The notes under the pieces are model-generated. The model saw nothing but the letters and a program-made list of their open reading frames with translations. It was not told the DNA's origin and did no database searches. Made by a program: the position numbers and the translations under genes. From Acutalibacteraceae bacterium (GTDB taxonomy: Bacteria > Bacillota > Clostridia > Oscillospirales > Acutalibacteraceae), in the NCBI GenBank assembly GCA_045578985.1, contig JAZNLH010000040.1, positions 990 through 64,989 of the forward strand: DNA of 64,000 bases, read 5' to 3'. Positions 46,798 through 59,193 of this stretch are shown one piece after another. Within the stretch, counting starts at the first letter, position 1; every line of letters begins with the position of its first letter.

Positions 46798-47640
46798 GTG
46801 AGAGAAATAAGTGCTTTAACCATAGAAAAAAACGTTGAGGAACTTTTTTTAACTGCAAATGCAGTTTTACCGCAATCCCTTGAAAGTCATATCCGTAACT
46901 GTGCTGAACTTGAAAGTTCGGATTTAGCGAAGGGAATCTTTTGCGATATGTGTAAAAATCTTGATGCTGCTAAAAATCTTGGTATTCCTATTTGTCAGGA
47001 TACAGGTATGGCAGTTCTTTTTTGCGAGTTAGGTCAGGATGTACATATTATAGACGGCGACTTTACCACCGCTGTCAACAACGGCGTCAGGAAAGCGTAT
47101 CTGGATGGCAAAATGCGTTGTTCTATTGTTCAAGATCCTATTCGTCGCGGCAATACTAACGATAATACCCCGGCATTAATACACCTTTCAATTGTTCCCG
47201 GTGATAAAATAAAACTCACCGCCACACCCAAAGGTTTTGGCAGTGAGAACATGAGCAGAATAAAAATGTTTACACCTTCTGCTACCATTGATGATATAGT
47301 GAACTTCGTTACGGAAACCGTGAAAATCGCTGATGCAAATCCCTGTCCGCCCGTTGTGTTGGGTGTTGGTATCGGCAGTGACTTTGAAGGCGTAGCACTT
47401 CTTGCCAAAAAAGCTTTATGCAGAGATATCTCTGTTCCCAATGGAGATGAATTTTACAGAAAGCTGGAAAACAGAATGCTTCAGGAAGTAAACAATCTTG
47501 GTATAGGACCTCAAGGTTTTGGCGGCAACATAACCGCTCTTGCAGTAAATATTGAAACTGCCCCTACGCATATTGCAGGTCTCCCCATAGCAGTAAACAT
47601 AGGTTGCCATGTAACAAGACATGCTGAAATTATTATTTAA
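46798..47640 (+). CDS. Fe-S type hydro-lyase alpha subunit (class I fumarate hydratase / L-tartrate dehydratase alpha)
   Basis: GTG start. It has the CQDTG motif (IPICQDTGMAV) and is 280 aa, the alpha-subunit size. No beta-subunit gene follows. Confidence 0.8.
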   Translation: MREISALTIEKNVEELFLTANAVLPQSLESHIRNCAELESSDLAKGIFCDMCKNLDAAKNLGIPICQDTGMAVLFCELGQDVHIIDGDFTTAVNNGVRKAYLDGKMRCSIVQDPIRRGNTNDNTPALIHLSIVPGDKIKLTATPKGFGSENMSRIKMFTPSATIDDIVNFVTETVKIADANPCPPVVLGVGIGSDFEGVALLAKKALCRDISVPNGDEFYRKLENRMLQEVNNLGIGPQGFGGNITALAVNIETAPTHIAGLPIAVNIGCHVTRHAEIII

Positions 47641-48295
47641 TCTTTTCCATCAATTCCTCATATAACTCTAATAATTTAAATTTAACTACAAACTTATTAC
47701 CACCGTTGACTATTTTTTCACCGCTTTCAGTTAAATAGTCGGCGGTATTTTCATTTGTTTCAATACCATCCGCCGCAGGCACGCACAGAGGCGGAAACAT
47801 AACGCACCACCAGTTATGCCCCTTACCCTCACCCAGTATAACTTTTAAAGCCATATATTCTCCTGCAGGAAAAGTTAAATCTCCGTATTGGCGAGTTTCA
47901 AAATACTCTTTTTCAAGAGTTATAACAGCGCTATATTCTAAACCGTTTTCTTTTAATACCATTTGCGCAATTTCCAATAAATCATCCTTTGATTCCTCAA
48001 AATACTTATAGGCATTATCAGAATTTACTCCTTTCGAAAGAAGCGAGGTGTTCTTTTCGAGAAGCGCATCGCGAACTTTCAATTTTATATTCTGGTCAAA
48101 TACAGAATCGCTGTTAGCGAGAATATGAAGCCTAACTACATCTTCGCGAACTTTTTTTGCAGCTCCCGCAAAATATGTACAAGAAAAAGCCATATACAAA
48201 GCCAACGCAATAGAAAAAAACGATAGCAATAATTTATCCTTTCTTTCATTGAAATATCTTTCTGTAATTACTGACATAAAAAACCGCCCTTTCAT
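47633..48295 (-). CDS. spoIIR: Stage II sporulation protein R
   Basis: The signal anchor is followed by VRLHILANSDS..DQ..KL.VRD, the SpoIIR signature. The start may instead be the second ATG, 6 codons in. Confidence 0.85.
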   Translation of the reverse strand: MKGRFFMSVITERYFNERKDKLLLSFFSIALALYMAFSCTYFAGAAKKVREDVVRLHILANSDSVFDQNIKLKVRDALLEKNTSLLSKGVNSDNAYKYFEESKDDLLEIAQMVLKENGLEYSAVITLEKEYFETRQYGDLTFPAGEYMALKVILGEGKGHNWWCVMFPPLCVPAADGIETNENTADYLTESGEKIVNGGNKFVVKFKLLELYEELMEKIK

Positions 48296-48328
48296 TTGTT
48301 AAAATGATTTTAGGCGGTTTTAAAATTT

Positions 48329-49219
48329 TTATTCAATAGCAGAAATAATTTCTACACCTGTTTTTTCCGGTGTGCAAAGATATATATTGGAAAATTTCAG
48401 TTTCAATTCGTTCATTGCTTTTTCTGCCTGCGATTTTTCTTTAAATATTCCGTATACCGCAGAACCTGAACCCGTCATACAGGAGGCTACTGCGCCATTA
48501 CAATTACAAACAGCTTTAATATCAACCCTACCGGGAACTTCGAGAGCTTGTTCAAATACGTTGCCGCAAAGTTTCAACGCTGCTTCGCTATCACCATCTG
48601 CAAGATATTCCAGCATTTCTTGATTTTTCGGATGTTTCATATCAGGGAGAGAATCAACTGCCTCATAAGCCTCTTTAGTAGAAACACCGTCTTCGGGTTT
48701 TACAACAACAATGTAATAGTCCTCAATATCCGGAAGCGGTGCTACAATTGCACCGGTATCAAGTGCAAGGGCAGTTCCTCCGATAATACAAAACGGAATA
48801 TCTGCGCCAACTTTTACGCCTATGCGACAAAGAATTTTTTCAGAGTAGCCGGTACCAAAAATCTTATTAAGTGCCACAAGTACTGCTGCGCCGTCAGCGC
48901 TCCCGCCACCCATGCCTGCACAAAACGGAGTTACTTTATCAATATGAATATGAACACCTCTGTTTTCGGTTATTCCTGCATACTGAAAAAATTTATCAGC
49001 GCATTTATATACAATATTTCTGCTGTCGGTAGGCACACCGGGCACAGTGCAAGACACAGTAATATTTTCACCCTTTGTTTTCTCCACTGTAACGGTATCC
49101 CCAAGACTAATTGACTGCATCACAGTAAAAAGGCTATGATAGCCGTTTTTCTTGATACCTGTAACATCGAGAATTAAATTTATTTTTGCGTTAGCTTTAA
49201 CAGTGAGTTTCATACGCAC
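48329..49219 (-). CDS. ispE: 4-diphosphocytidyl-2-C-methyl-D-erythritol kinase
   Basis: KINLILDV and the GHMP-kinase motif GMGGGSADGAA. Confidence 0.9.
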   Translation of the reverse strand: MRMKLTVKANAKINLILDVTGIKKNGYHSLFTVMQSISLGDTVTVEKTKGENITVSCTVPGVPTDSRNIVYKCADKFFQYAGITENRGVHIHIDKVTPFCAGMGGGSADGAAVLVALNKIFGTGYSEKILCRIGVKVGADIPFCIIGGTALALDTGAIVAPLPDIEDYYIVVVKPEDGVSTKEAYEAVDSLPDMKHPKNQEMLEYLADGDSEAALKLCGNVFEQALEVPGRVDIKAVCNCNGAVASCMTGSGSAVYGIFKEKSQAEKAMNELKLKFSNIYLCTPEKTGVEIISAIE

Positions 49220-49346
49220 ACTCCTCTCAGCCGTATTTTAACATAAATAATGATAATTTAAAAGATTATTCTTTATTTTTTAACATAAACCCTGTTCAAT
49301 CATATTTTTTTGTGCTATTATATGTCATTGGAAAGAAGGTTTTTTT

Positions 49347-50162
49347 ATGAGCGAAATAAAAATTATTGACTTACATACACACACCGATAATTCTCAGGAT
49401 GGTAACCATTCCGCAACATATATGGCTGAAATAGCCGCAACAAATGGTATAGAATGTGTTGCATTTACCGACCATTGTGAGGTTGACGTTTTTTATAAAG
49501 ACGGTTTTGACCGCCGTGCAACTCAAAGTTTTTTCGAAGTTTCAAAAGCCAAAATAGCATTTGATGGCAAACTTGAAATTCTTCGTGGTATTGAATTGGC
49601 TCAGCCCCACTATGTGCCGGACCTTGCAGAAAAAATTGTTAATTCTCAGAATTATGATGTTATCATCGGTTCGATTCATAATCTTCGCAATCAAGAAGAT
49701 TTTTATTATATGAAGTCCTTTGACGGCATTAATATTGAAGATATGATGAATGAATATTTTGACGAACTTATTGCTATGATGGAGTGGGGAAATTTTGATA
49801 TTCTTGCTCACATCACTTACCCTTTCAGATATATTTTTAATATCTGTGGATATGTTGAAGATATAAATAAATATTCTAAAAAAGTTGATGAACTTCTTAA
49901 ACTTTGTGCAGAAAAAGACAAGGCGCTCGAAATTAATATGGGCGGTCTTAAATACCCCATTAACAAACCCGCCCCCGATATTGACACCGTAAAAAGATAT
50001 AAAGAATTGGGTGGAAGACTTGTCAGCGTAGGCTCAGATTCTCACTATGCCGAGCGTATAGGTTTCGGAATTCCTCAGGCTTATGAAATTGCCCGTGAAG
50101 CAGGTTTTGACTTTGTTGCAAAATTCAACAACAGAAAAGTTTCTGAATTTCCTATCAGATAA
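49347..50162 (+). CDS. PHP-domain histidinol-phosphatase-family protein (HisJ-like)
   Basis: IDLHTHTDNSQDG N-terminus; later AFTDH and GSDSH metal ligands. Confidence 0.75.
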   Translation: MSEIKIIDLHTHTDNSQDGNHSATYMAEIAATNGIECVAFTDHCEVDVFYKDGFDRRATQSFFEVSKAKIAFDGKLEILRGIELAQPHYVPDLAEKIVNSQNYDVIIGSIHNLRNQEDFYYMKSFDGINIEDMMNEYFDELIAMMEWGNFDILAHITYPFRYIFNICGYVEDINKYSKKVDELLKLCAEKDKALEINMGGLKYPINKPAPDIDTVKRYKELGGRLVSVGSDSHYAERIGFGIPQAYEIAREAGFDFVAKFNNRKVSEFPIR

Positions 50163-50477
50163 TACAGTATAAACTGTATATTTTTTCCATTTTCAAGGTT
50201 TTATACAAAACCAACATTGATAAAATGTATGAAAATCTTGTAAAGTAATAGGCTTGTCATTGTTCATAACTCTGTCTAAAATGTTTATAACTCACATTTT
50301 TCTTCATTTTATAATTCGAAATAAGAAAAAACGCGTAAAGCAACTGACTTTACTTCTACAATTTTATGAACAATCGCCTTTTTTCGATCAATGTATATAC
50401 AAATGCATATACATTTCGAGCTTTTTTGCAAAACAGAAAATTGTTGAAAGATTTTTTTATAAAGGAGGTCCTTAAAT

Positions 50478-51362
50478 ATGCGTATCATAAATTATATTAT
50501 AACAGAAGAATACGACAACAGACCTCTTATACATTTCCTCAAAGGGCAAATAAAACTTTCAACCCATATCGTTCAATCGCTGCGTCATACCTATGGCGCA
50601 GTTCTTATTAACAAAAAACCGACTCGCCTTGTGGATAAAGTTTTTAAAGGCGACGAATTAGAACTGCATCTTCCCGAAAAAATTTCTGCTCCCCTTTTGT
50701 GGGCAAAAGAACTTGAAATCATTTATGAGGATGAAGATATACTTATTATAAATAAACCTTCCGGAATCTCTGTTCATCCCACTTTTAACCACCCCAACGA
50801 AACACTTTGCAATGCGGTTGCAAACTATCTTGTTAAAACCAATCACAGTAATGCTGTGGCACGTGCGGTAGGCAGACTAGATAAAGTCACTTCCGGCGTA
50901 ATGGTCTTTGCAAAAAATGCGTTTTCAGCTTCAAAGCTTAACGGAAATATCGATAAAAAATACAATGCTATTGCATACGGAAAAATGGAAAACGAAGGTA
51001 CTGTTGATGCCCCTATTTACAGACCGGATCCCGGAAAAACTATTCGTGCAGTGGGAAAACAAGGTGACAAAGCCATAACCCATTGGAAAACCCTGGCGCA
51101 TTTCGAAAACAAAACCTTTCTGGAAATAAAAACCGAAACAGGAAGAACACATCAGATAAGAGTACATTGTGCCCATATAGGACACCCTCTTTTAGGCGAC
51201 GAAATGTATGGTGCCCCTTTAACAGAATTTTTGCAACGTGCAGCTTTACATTGCCGTGAAGTTTCGTTTAAACATCCTGTTACAAATGAGTATATGACGT
51301 TTATTGCACCGCTCCCTGAGGATATGAAAAAAGAACTTGAAAAAAGCGGATTTACTTGTTGA
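50478..51362 (+). CDS. RluA-family 23S rRNA pseudouridine synthase
   Basis: S4-like N-terminus. Catalytic GRLDKVTSGVMVFAK and GRTHQIRVH. Confidence 0.85.
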   Translation: MRIINYIITEEYDNRPLIHFLKGQIKLSTHIVQSLRHTYGAVLINKKPTRLVDKVFKGDELELHLPEKISAPLLWAKELEIIYEDEDILIINKPSGISVHPTFNHPNETLCNAVANYLVKTNHSNAVARAVGRLDKVTSGVMVFAKNAFSASKLNGNIDKKYNAIAYGKMENEGTVDAPIYRPDPGKTIRAVGKQGDKAITHWKTLAHFENKTFLEIKTETGRTHQIRVHCAHIGHPLLGDEMYGAPLTEFLQRAALHCREVSFKHPVTNEYMTFIAPLPEDMKKELEKSGFTC

Positions 51363-51387
51363 CAAACGGAGTATTATCTGCTAAAAT
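51359..51387 (+). promoter_or_regulatory. Candidate sigma-A promoter of the rplU operon
   Basis: TTGACA (51359-51364), a 17-nt spacer, then TAAAAT (51382-51387). Confidence 0.5.
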
Positions 51388-51483
51388 ACCATTTGCCGCA
51401 TATTAAGGGCGGGTATTTTGTTGTGCCCATAAACACAAAAGTGTGCCTTGTTAGCGAGACTGAAAGAAAGCAGGTAAAAATCT
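51388..51483 (+). promoter_or_regulatory. 5' leader of rplU (possible L21-leader-type element)
   Basis: A ~95-nt untranslated leader precedes rplU. Firmicutes rplU-prp-rpmA operons often carry an L21 leader RNA. I cannot verify its consensus from memory. Confidence 0.25.
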
Positions 51484-51795
51484 ATGTACGCAATCATCGA
51501 AACAGGCGGAAAGCAGTACAAAGTTCAGAACGGCGATGTTATCTTCGTTGAGAAACTTGAAGTTGAAGCTGATTCCGAAATAACCTTCGATAAGGTTATC
51601 GCAGTTGGTGCAGATGACGGTATTAAAGTCGGTGCTCCTTACGTTGACGGTGCTTCCGTTAGCGCAAAAGTTATCAAAAACGGCAAAGGCAAAAAGATCG
51701 TTGTTGCAACTTACAAACCCAAAAAGAATGAAAAGCGCAAAATGGGTCACAGACAGCCCTATACAAAGGTTGAAATTTCAGCCATCAATGCGTAA
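51484..51795 (+). CDS. rplU: 50S ribosomal protein L21
   Basis: [14 protein letters not shown] is the canonical L21 N-terminus. Confidence 0.97.
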   Translation: MYAIIETGGKQYKVQNGDVIFVEKLEVEADSEITFDKVIAVGADDGIKVGAPYVDGASVSAKVIKNGKGKKIVVATYKPKKNEKRKMGHRQPYTKVEISAINA

Positions 51796-51798
51796 TCA

Positions 51799-52119
51799 AT
51801 GATAAACGTTAAGTTTTATCACTCATCAACTGATGCACCTTTAGGTTTCATGATTAAAGGTCATTCCGGCTATGGCACTCATGGTAACGACATCGTTTGT
51901 TCCGCAGTTTCTTCAGCCGCATATATGACTGCTAACACTCTTCTTGAAATAATGAAGCTGGATATTACAGCTGATGTTCAAGATGGTCTTATGAAAATTA
52001 TGATTCCCGAAGACAGTGCAGATAAAACCAAAGATTTATTGCTTGGGTTCGAACTGCATATAAGCGAACTCGCAAAGCAATACCCTAAAAATGTTACGAT
52101 AACTACTACGGAGGTGTAA
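51799..52119 (+). CDS. prp: Ribosomal-processing cysteine protease Prp
   Basis: It lies between rplU and rpmA. GHSGYG...GNDIVCSAVS contains the catalytic His/Cys. Confidence 0.9.
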   Translation: MINVKFYHSSTDAPLGFMIKGHSGYGTHGNDIVCSAVSSAAYMTANTLLEIMKLDITADVQDGLMKIMIPEDSADKTKDLLLGFELHISELAKQYPKNVTITTTEV

Positions 52120-52122
52120 CGA

Positions 52123-52407
52123 ATGCTTAAAATCAACATCCAGTTATTTGCTCATAAAAAAGGTATGGGTTCTACCCGTAACGGCCGTGATTCCGAATCA
52201 AAAAGACTCGGTGCTAAAAGAGCTGACGGTCAGCATGTTCTTGCAGGTAACATCCTTGTAAGACAGAGAGGCACAAAGATCCACCCCGGTACTAACGTAG
52301 GCAAAGGTAAAGACGATACACTCTTTGCACTTGTAGACGGCCAGGTTCGTTTTGAGCGTCTTGGCAGAGACCGCAAAAAGGTTAGTGTTTATCCTGTTGA
52401 GCAATAA
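52123..52407 (+). CDS. rpmA: 50S ribosomal protein L27 (with a Prp-cleaved N-terminal extension)
   Basis: The [10 protein letters not shown] propeptide is followed by [14 protein letters not shown]. Confidence 0.97.
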   Translation: MLKINIQLFAHKKGMGSTRNGRDSESKRLGAKRADGQHVLAGNILVRQRGTKIHPGTNVGKGKDDTLFALVDGQVRFERLGRDRKKVSVYPVEQ

Positions 52408-52433
52408 TTATTTAAAAAAATAATGAAAAATCG

Positions 52434-52464
52434 ACTCCGACTGAAAAGTCGGAGTTATTTTTTT
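52434..52464 (+). terminator. Intrinsic terminator of the rplU operon
   Basis: ACTCCGAC-TGAAAA-GTCGGAGT followed by TATTTTTTT. Confidence 0.85.
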
Positions 52465-52508
52465 ACCTTTTCTTCACAAACTATTTACAAAAATCTTCCT
52501 TAAAAAGG

Positions 52509-52537
52509 TTGACAAAAAACCTTTTCGGGGTTATATT
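52509..52537 (+). promoter_or_regulatory. Sigma-A promoter of the hrcA-dnaK operon
   Basis: TTGACA (52509-52514), a 17-nt spacer, then TATATT (52532-52537), immediately upstream of CIRCE. Confidence 0.7.
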
Positions 52538-52547
52538 ATTAACAGAG

Positions 52548-52574
52548 TTAGCACTCGCACTTCAAGAGTGCTAA
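52548..52574 (+). promoter_or_regulatory. CIRCE operator (HrcA binding site)
   Basis: TTAGCACTC-GCACTTCAA-GAGTGCTAA is a perfect match to the TTAGCACTC-N9-GAGTGCTAA consensus. Confidence 0.95.
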
Positions 52575-52612
52575 ACAATGCTAACACAGCATATACTAAA
52601 GAGGTGATTCCT

Positions 52613-53644
52613 GTGGCAGAACTTACCGAGCGAAAGCAACGCATACTCGCAATTATAATTGAACGTTTCATAGCCACAGGCGAACCGGTGGGTTCTAAGG
52701 CAATATGTACGGAAATGGGGAATGCGGTTTCTTCTGCCACCATCAGAAATGATATGGCGGATTTAGTTGAACTCGGTTTACTTGCTCAGCCCCATACATC
52801 AGCCGGCAGAACACCTTCCCAAGCAGGCTATCGTTATTATGTCGATAACCTTATGACAAAATACGAATTAGGCATCGAAGAACAGGAACGCATTAAAATC
52901 TGGCTTCAGACTTTTTCAGGTGAACCGGATAAACTGCTCGAAAAAGCAGGTAGCATTCTCGCAGAACTCACCAACTGTGTGGCAGTTTCCTCTTCCCCTG
53001 CTGACAACAAAGCTTTTATAAAACGCATCGAACTTGTTCCGTTAAGCAATCATACCGCTATGATAGTTCTGCTCGCTACATCAGGTATTTTAAAAAGCGC
53101 CGTTGTCAGAAGTGATACAGAAATAAATATGGATATTGCAGAAGTTTTCTATAACATCTGCCAGACTTACTTCAACGGAAAGAACGTTTCCGATATCAGC
53201 GTACCTTTTATACAAACCCTTGTAGCATCTTTAGGCGATAAAGTATTTATTATGTCCCCTTTCCTTTGCGCAATTTCAGACCTTTGTGATGCGGTAAAAA
53301 CAACAGAAATACATTTAAAAGGTCAGAACAATATCCTTAATCACAGCGAACTTTCGGACGATGCTTTCAATTTAATGGATTTCTTATATAGGGCAACTCC
53401 GCTGGAAGCTATACTGGAATCACACAAAAAACCTTTAAATGTTGCTATCGGTACTGAAAATTCTTACCGCGAATTAAAAAACAGCACAACAATTTTTTCT
53501 AAATATTCCGTAGGCGACCGGGACAGCGGTTCCATTGGTATAATCGGTCCTACACGACTGGATTACGCACATCTCATACCCACAATCAAATATTTAGCCG
53601 GAGTCATTGGAACACTTCTTACTGAAACTCTGGATGAAGAATAA
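52613..53644 (+). CDS. hrcA: Heat-inducible transcription repressor HrcA
   Basis: The start was set at the GTG at 52613, which has an AGAGGTG SD. LTERKQRILAIIIERFIATGEPVGSK. It lies upstream of grpE-dnaK-dnaJ. Confidence 0.92.
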   Translation: MAELTERKQRILAIIIERFIATGEPVGSKAICTEMGNAVSSATIRNDMADLVELGLLAQPHTSAGRTPSQAGYRYYVDNLMTKYELGIEEQERIKIWLQTFSGEPDKLLEKAGSILAELTNCVAVSSSPADNKAFIKRIELVPLSNHTAMIVLLATSGILKSAVVRSDTEINMDIAEVFYNICQTYFNGKNVSDISVPFIQTLVASLGDKVFIMSPFLCAISDLCDAVKTTEIHLKGQNNILNHSELSDDAFNLMDFLYRATPLEAILESHKKPLNVAIGTENSYRELKNSTTIFSKYSVGDRDSGSIGIIGPTRLDYAHLIPTIKYLAGVIGTLLTETLDEE

Positions 53645-53680
53645 AAAATGATAATAATATATTTCTAAAGGAGCAAAGAA

Positions 53681-54241
53681 ATGGCAACCGAAGAAACAAA
53701 AACAACTGCTGAAGTTACTGAGGAAACAGAAAACACTCCCAAAGAAACCAAGGCAAAAAAGAAAAAAGCAGACAAAAAAGGTGAAGTAGAAGCATTAAAA
53801 GCAGAAGTTGAAAACCTTTCCGCAGAACTTGCTGCTTTAAAAGATTCTCATCTTCGCACACTCGCCGAATATGACAACTATCGTAAACGTTCACAACGTG
53901 AAAAAGAAGCTGCTTACGGCGATGCAAAAGCAAATACGTTAAAACTTTTGCTCCCTGTCATTGATAATTTTGACAGAGCAACTGATAATAAAACCGAAGA
54001 CATCGAAGTTTACCGAAAAGGTATAGAAATGACACTCAATCAATTACGTGACATCCTTAAAAATCTTGAAGTAGTATCATTCGGTGAAATCGGTGATGAA
54101 TTCGACCCAAACATTCACAGCGCAGTTATGACTGTCGAAAACAATGATCTTCCTGAAAACTCCGTTGCAGGTGTTTTTGAAAAAGGTTATAAAATGGGTG
54201 ATAGAATTCTTCGATTCGCAACCGTACAGGTTACAAACTAA
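53681..54241 (+). CDS. grpE: Nucleotide exchange factor GrpE
   Basis: RTLAEYDNYRKR motif and operon context. Confidence 0.95.
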   Translation: MATEETKTTAEVTEETENTPKETKAKKKKADKKGEVEALKAEVENLSAELAALKDSHLRTLAEYDNYRKRSQREKEAAYGDAKANTLKLLLPVIDNFDRATDNKTEDIEVYRKGIEMTLNQLRDILKNLEVVSFGEIGDEFDPNIHSAVMTVENNDLPENSVAGVFEKGYKMGDRILRFATVQVTN

Positions 54242-54277
54242 AAAAAGACATAATTCACTAAAAATAAATGGAGGTAA

Positions 54278-56131
<1,854 letters not shown>

Positions 56132-56216
56132 TAAATTAAAAATCACTAAAGACGGTACCTTCTCAAGAGGCGCCGTCTTTGGCGAATACTCGTCACATTA
56201 ACGAAAGGAATCTGTT

Positions 56217-57368
56217 ATGGCAGACAAAAGAGATTATTATGAGGTGCTTGGTGTTCAGAAGAGCGCAACACCGGATGAGATAAAAAAAGCATATCGTCAA
56301 CTTGCCAAAAAATACCATCCCGACCTTAATCCCGACAACAAAGAAGCTGAAGCAAAATTCAAAGAAGTTAACGAAGCTTACGAGATTCTCTCTGACAGCG
56401 AAAAAAGAGAAAAGTACGATCGCTTCGGTTTTGCCGGCGTTGATCCAAGTTACGGAGCAGGTCAAGGTGGCGGTTTTGGCGGTGGTTTCGGCGAAGGTAT
56501 GGAATTTGACTTAGGTGATATATTCGGGTCATTCTTCGGCGGTTTTGGTGGAGGAAACTCACGTTCCAACCCCAATGCACCAAGACGTGGCAGCGACATT
56601 CAGACAAACGTCTATCTCACCTTTGAAGAAGCAGCAAAAGGTTGCAAAAAAACCGTTGATTTCCAACGTATTGAATTATGCGATGAGTGCGGCGGTAACG
56701 GTGCCGCAAAAGGCACTCAACCACAGACTTGTCCGGAATGTAACGGCAGAGGCCAGATAAATGTACATCAGCGCACACCTTTTGGAACAATCAGTACATC
56801 AAAACCCTGTCAACGTTGCGGCGGAAAAGGTTCTTTCAATCCCCATCCTTGCAATCGCTGTAAAGGTGCAGGCAGAATCAGAAAAACCCAAAAGAAAGAA
56901 ATCACAATCCCCGCAGGTATCGATGAAGGGCAAATTTTCACCGTACGTGGCGAAGGCAACTTCGGTGTCAATGGTGGTCCCAGCGGCGACTTAAGAGTGG
57001 GAGTTGCTATCAAACCTCACGAATATTTTGAACGTGATGGCTACAATGTTTGGTACGATATGAAAATATCATACATCCAAGCAACTCTTGGCGATAAATT
57101 AAGAGTACCAACACTGGATGGGCAAGTGGAATATGAACTTCCCGCAGGTACACAACCCGGTCAGGTATTTAAACTTAAAAACAGAGGTATTCCTGTACTT
57201 AACAGCACAAGACGTGGCGATCAACTTGTAAGAATAATTGTTGATGTTCCCAGGTCATTGACCGAAGAACAAAAAGCTGCGCTTCTCAGATTCAACGAAA
57301 CATTGGGAAATAATCCCGTTAAACCTGAAGAAAAACGCGGTTTCTTCGGCGGAAAGAAAAAGAAATAA
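56217..57368 (+). CDS. dnaJ: Molecular chaperone DnaJ
   Basis: J-domain with KYHPDLNP, a G/F-rich linker and four CxxCxGxG zinc-finger motifs. Confidence 0.97.
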   Translation: MADKRDYYEVLGVQKSATPDEIKKAYRQLAKKYHPDLNPDNKEAEAKFKEVNEAYEILSDSEKREKYDRFGFAGVDPSYGAGQGGGFGGGFGEGMEFDLGDIFGSFFGGFGGGNSRSNPNAPRRGSDIQTNVYLTFEEAAKGCKKTVDFQRIELCDECGGNGAAKGTQPQTCPECNGRGQINVHQRTPFGTISTSKPCQRCGGKGSFNPHPCNRCKGAGRIRKTQKKEITIPAGIDEGQIFTVRGEGNFGVNGGPSGDLRVGVAIKPHEYFERDGYNVWYDMKISYIQATLGDKLRVPTLDGQVEYELPAGTQPGQVFKLKNRGIPVLNSTRRGDQLVRIIVDVPRSLTEEQKAALLRFNETLGNNPVKPEEKRGFFGGKKKK

Positions 57369-57378
57369 ATTCTATAAA

Positions 57379-57425
57379 ACAGTAACAGTTTTACTTTTAA
57401 AATTGTTACTGTTACTTTATTTATT
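57379..57425 (+). terminator. Intrinsic terminator after dnaJ
   Basis: ACAGTAACAGTT.../...AATTGTTACTGT forms an extended stem, followed by a T-rich tract. Confidence 0.7.
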
Positions 57426-57464
57426 ATTCAAATTATGTTATACTGAGGCAAAGGCGGTGAGAAA

Positions 57465-58208
57465 ATGGCGGACGAATTACAGATATTAAAAAATCGACTC
57501 AAAGAACTTTCAATGCGTTCTCAAAATCGTGGAATATATCTATACAGTGATTTTTTAAATTTGCATGAGCAAACTGTCCTTTATGATGAAATAAAATACG
57601 GCTACACTCTTACAGGTGGTTTCGAAGATGCAGAAAGAAAAATAGCGTGTTTCGGTGACGAAAATGATTTTGGCTACCCGCCCTCACCACCTATTGTAAT
57701 AATCTGCATTGAACCCTTATCCGCAAAATTTTCCGAAGATTTAACACACCGTGATTTTCTCGGTTCTTTAATCGGTTTAGGAATAAAACGAGAAACTTTG
57801 GGTGATATAATTATAACAGCAAATAAAGGTTATCTTTTTTGCCTCGAATCCATATCGCAATATATAATTGAAAATCTTATCAAAGTGCGTCATACAAGTG
57901 TTACTTGTTCCCTTTGCGACGTACTTCCCGCCGGTGCACTCCCCCAACCAAAAGAAAAACTTGTTATTGTTTCTTCTCTTAGACTTGATGCGGCAATTTC
58001 TTCTGTTTATGATTTATCACGTAGCAAAAGCGCCACTTTACTTGAAGGTGAAAAGGTTTTTATTAACGGAAAACTTACCACAAGCACTTCTAAAAATATA
58101 GAAATTGGTGATACAGTTTCTGTAAGGGGTTATGGGAGATTCCGATATGCGGAAATTCTGGGCGGAACTAAAAAAGGCAGAACAAGGATAAAATGTGAAG
58201 TTTATTAA
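57465..58208 (+). CDS. YlmH-like RNA-binding S4-domain protein
   Basis: It has an FLxxxE N-region and a C-terminal S4 domain (LRLDAAISSVYDLSRSKSATLLEGEKVFINGK). Confidence 0.75.
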   Translation: MADELQILKNRLKELSMRSQNRGIYLYSDFLNLHEQTVLYDEIKYGYTLTGGFEDAERKIACFGDENDFGYPPSPPIVIICIEPLSAKFSEDLTHRDFLGSLIGLGIKRETLGDIIITANKGYLFCLESISQYIIENLIKVRHTSVTCSLCDVLPAGALPQPKEKLVIVSSLRLDAAISSVYDLSRSKSATLLEGEKVFINGKLTTSTSKNIEIGDTVSVRGYGRFRYAEILGGTKKGRTRIKCEVY

Positions 58209-58226
58209 CAGAAAGGATATAAAACT

Positions 58227-59153
58227 ATGCGAACAATGAAATTAGGCAAAAGCGGTGTTGAAGTACCTGTTATAGCGGTTGGCTGTATGCGAATGGCTGA
58301 TAAAACCATTGATGAAGCAAAAGCACTTATTGATACTGCTATGGGTGCAGGTCTTAATTTTTTCGACCACGCTGACCTTTACGGCGGCGGAAAAAGTGAA
58401 GAAGTATTTTCACAGGCTATCGGTATGAACGACGATATAAGAGAAAAAATATTCTTGCAGTCAAAATGCGGTATTTGCCCCGGCAAAACTATGTTTGATT
58501 TTTCAAAAGAACACATTATTGAATCTACCGAAGGTTGCCTCAGAAGATTGAATACAGACTATCTCGATTTTCTTTTGCTTCACAGACCCGACACCCTTTA
58601 CGAACCCGAAGAGGTTGCGGAGGCTTTCGCTACCCTTAAAGAAAGCGGTAAAGTTCGCCATTTCGGTGTTTCAAACCAAAACCCTATGCAAATGCGCCTT
58701 TTACAAAAATATATCGGTGATGAGCCCATTTGTGTAAATCAACTTCAATTCAGCATTACTGACTGCCATATTGTAAAACAAGGTCTTTATGTAAATATGC
58801 GTGAGGATAACGCTATTGACCGCGACGGCGGTGTATTAGAATTCTGCAGATATGAGGATATTACTATTCAGGCTTGGTCTCCATTCCAATACGGCTTCTT
58901 CGAAGGTGTTTATGTTGACAACCCTGACTTCCCTGAAATTAACGCAAAACTCCAGGAACTTGCCGATAAATACGGCGTAACAAAATCCACCATTGTTATT
59001 GCATGGATACTTCGACACCCTGCAAAAATGCAACCACTTACAGGTACAATGAATCCTGCAAGGCTTTTAGAGTGTGCTGCAGCGGCAGATATCACCATCA
59101 CCCGTCAAGAGTGGTATGATATTTTTTCTAGTGCAGGAAATGTTATTCCATAA
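58227..59153 (+). CDS. Aldo/keto reductase family oxidoreductase
   Basis: LGKSGVEVPVIAVGCM, FFDHADLYGGGKSE and HFGVSN motifs. Confidence 0.85.
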   Translation: MRTMKLGKSGVEVPVIAVGCMRMADKTIDEAKALIDTAMGAGLNFFDHADLYGGGKSEEVFSQAIGMNDDIREKIFLQSKCGICPGKTMFDFSKEHIIESTEGCLRRLNTDYLDFLLLHRPDTLYEPEEVAEAFATLKESGKVRHFGVSNQNPMQMRLLQKYIGDEPICVNQLQFSITDCHIVKQGLYVNMREDNAIDRDGGVLEFCRYEDITIQAWSPFQYGFFEGVYVDNPDFPEINAKLQELADKYGVTKSTIVIAWILRHPAKMQPLTGTMNPARLLECAAAADITITRQEWYDIFSSAGNVIP

Positions 59154-59157
59154 AACA

Positions 59158-59192
59158 CAAAAACCGCCCAAACGGGCGGTTTTAATTTTTTT
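59158..59192. terminator. Bidirectional intrinsic terminator
   Basis: AAACCGCCC-AAAC-GGGCGGTTT with T-rich flanks on both strands, between convergent genes. Confidence 0.85.
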
Positions 59193-59193
59193 A

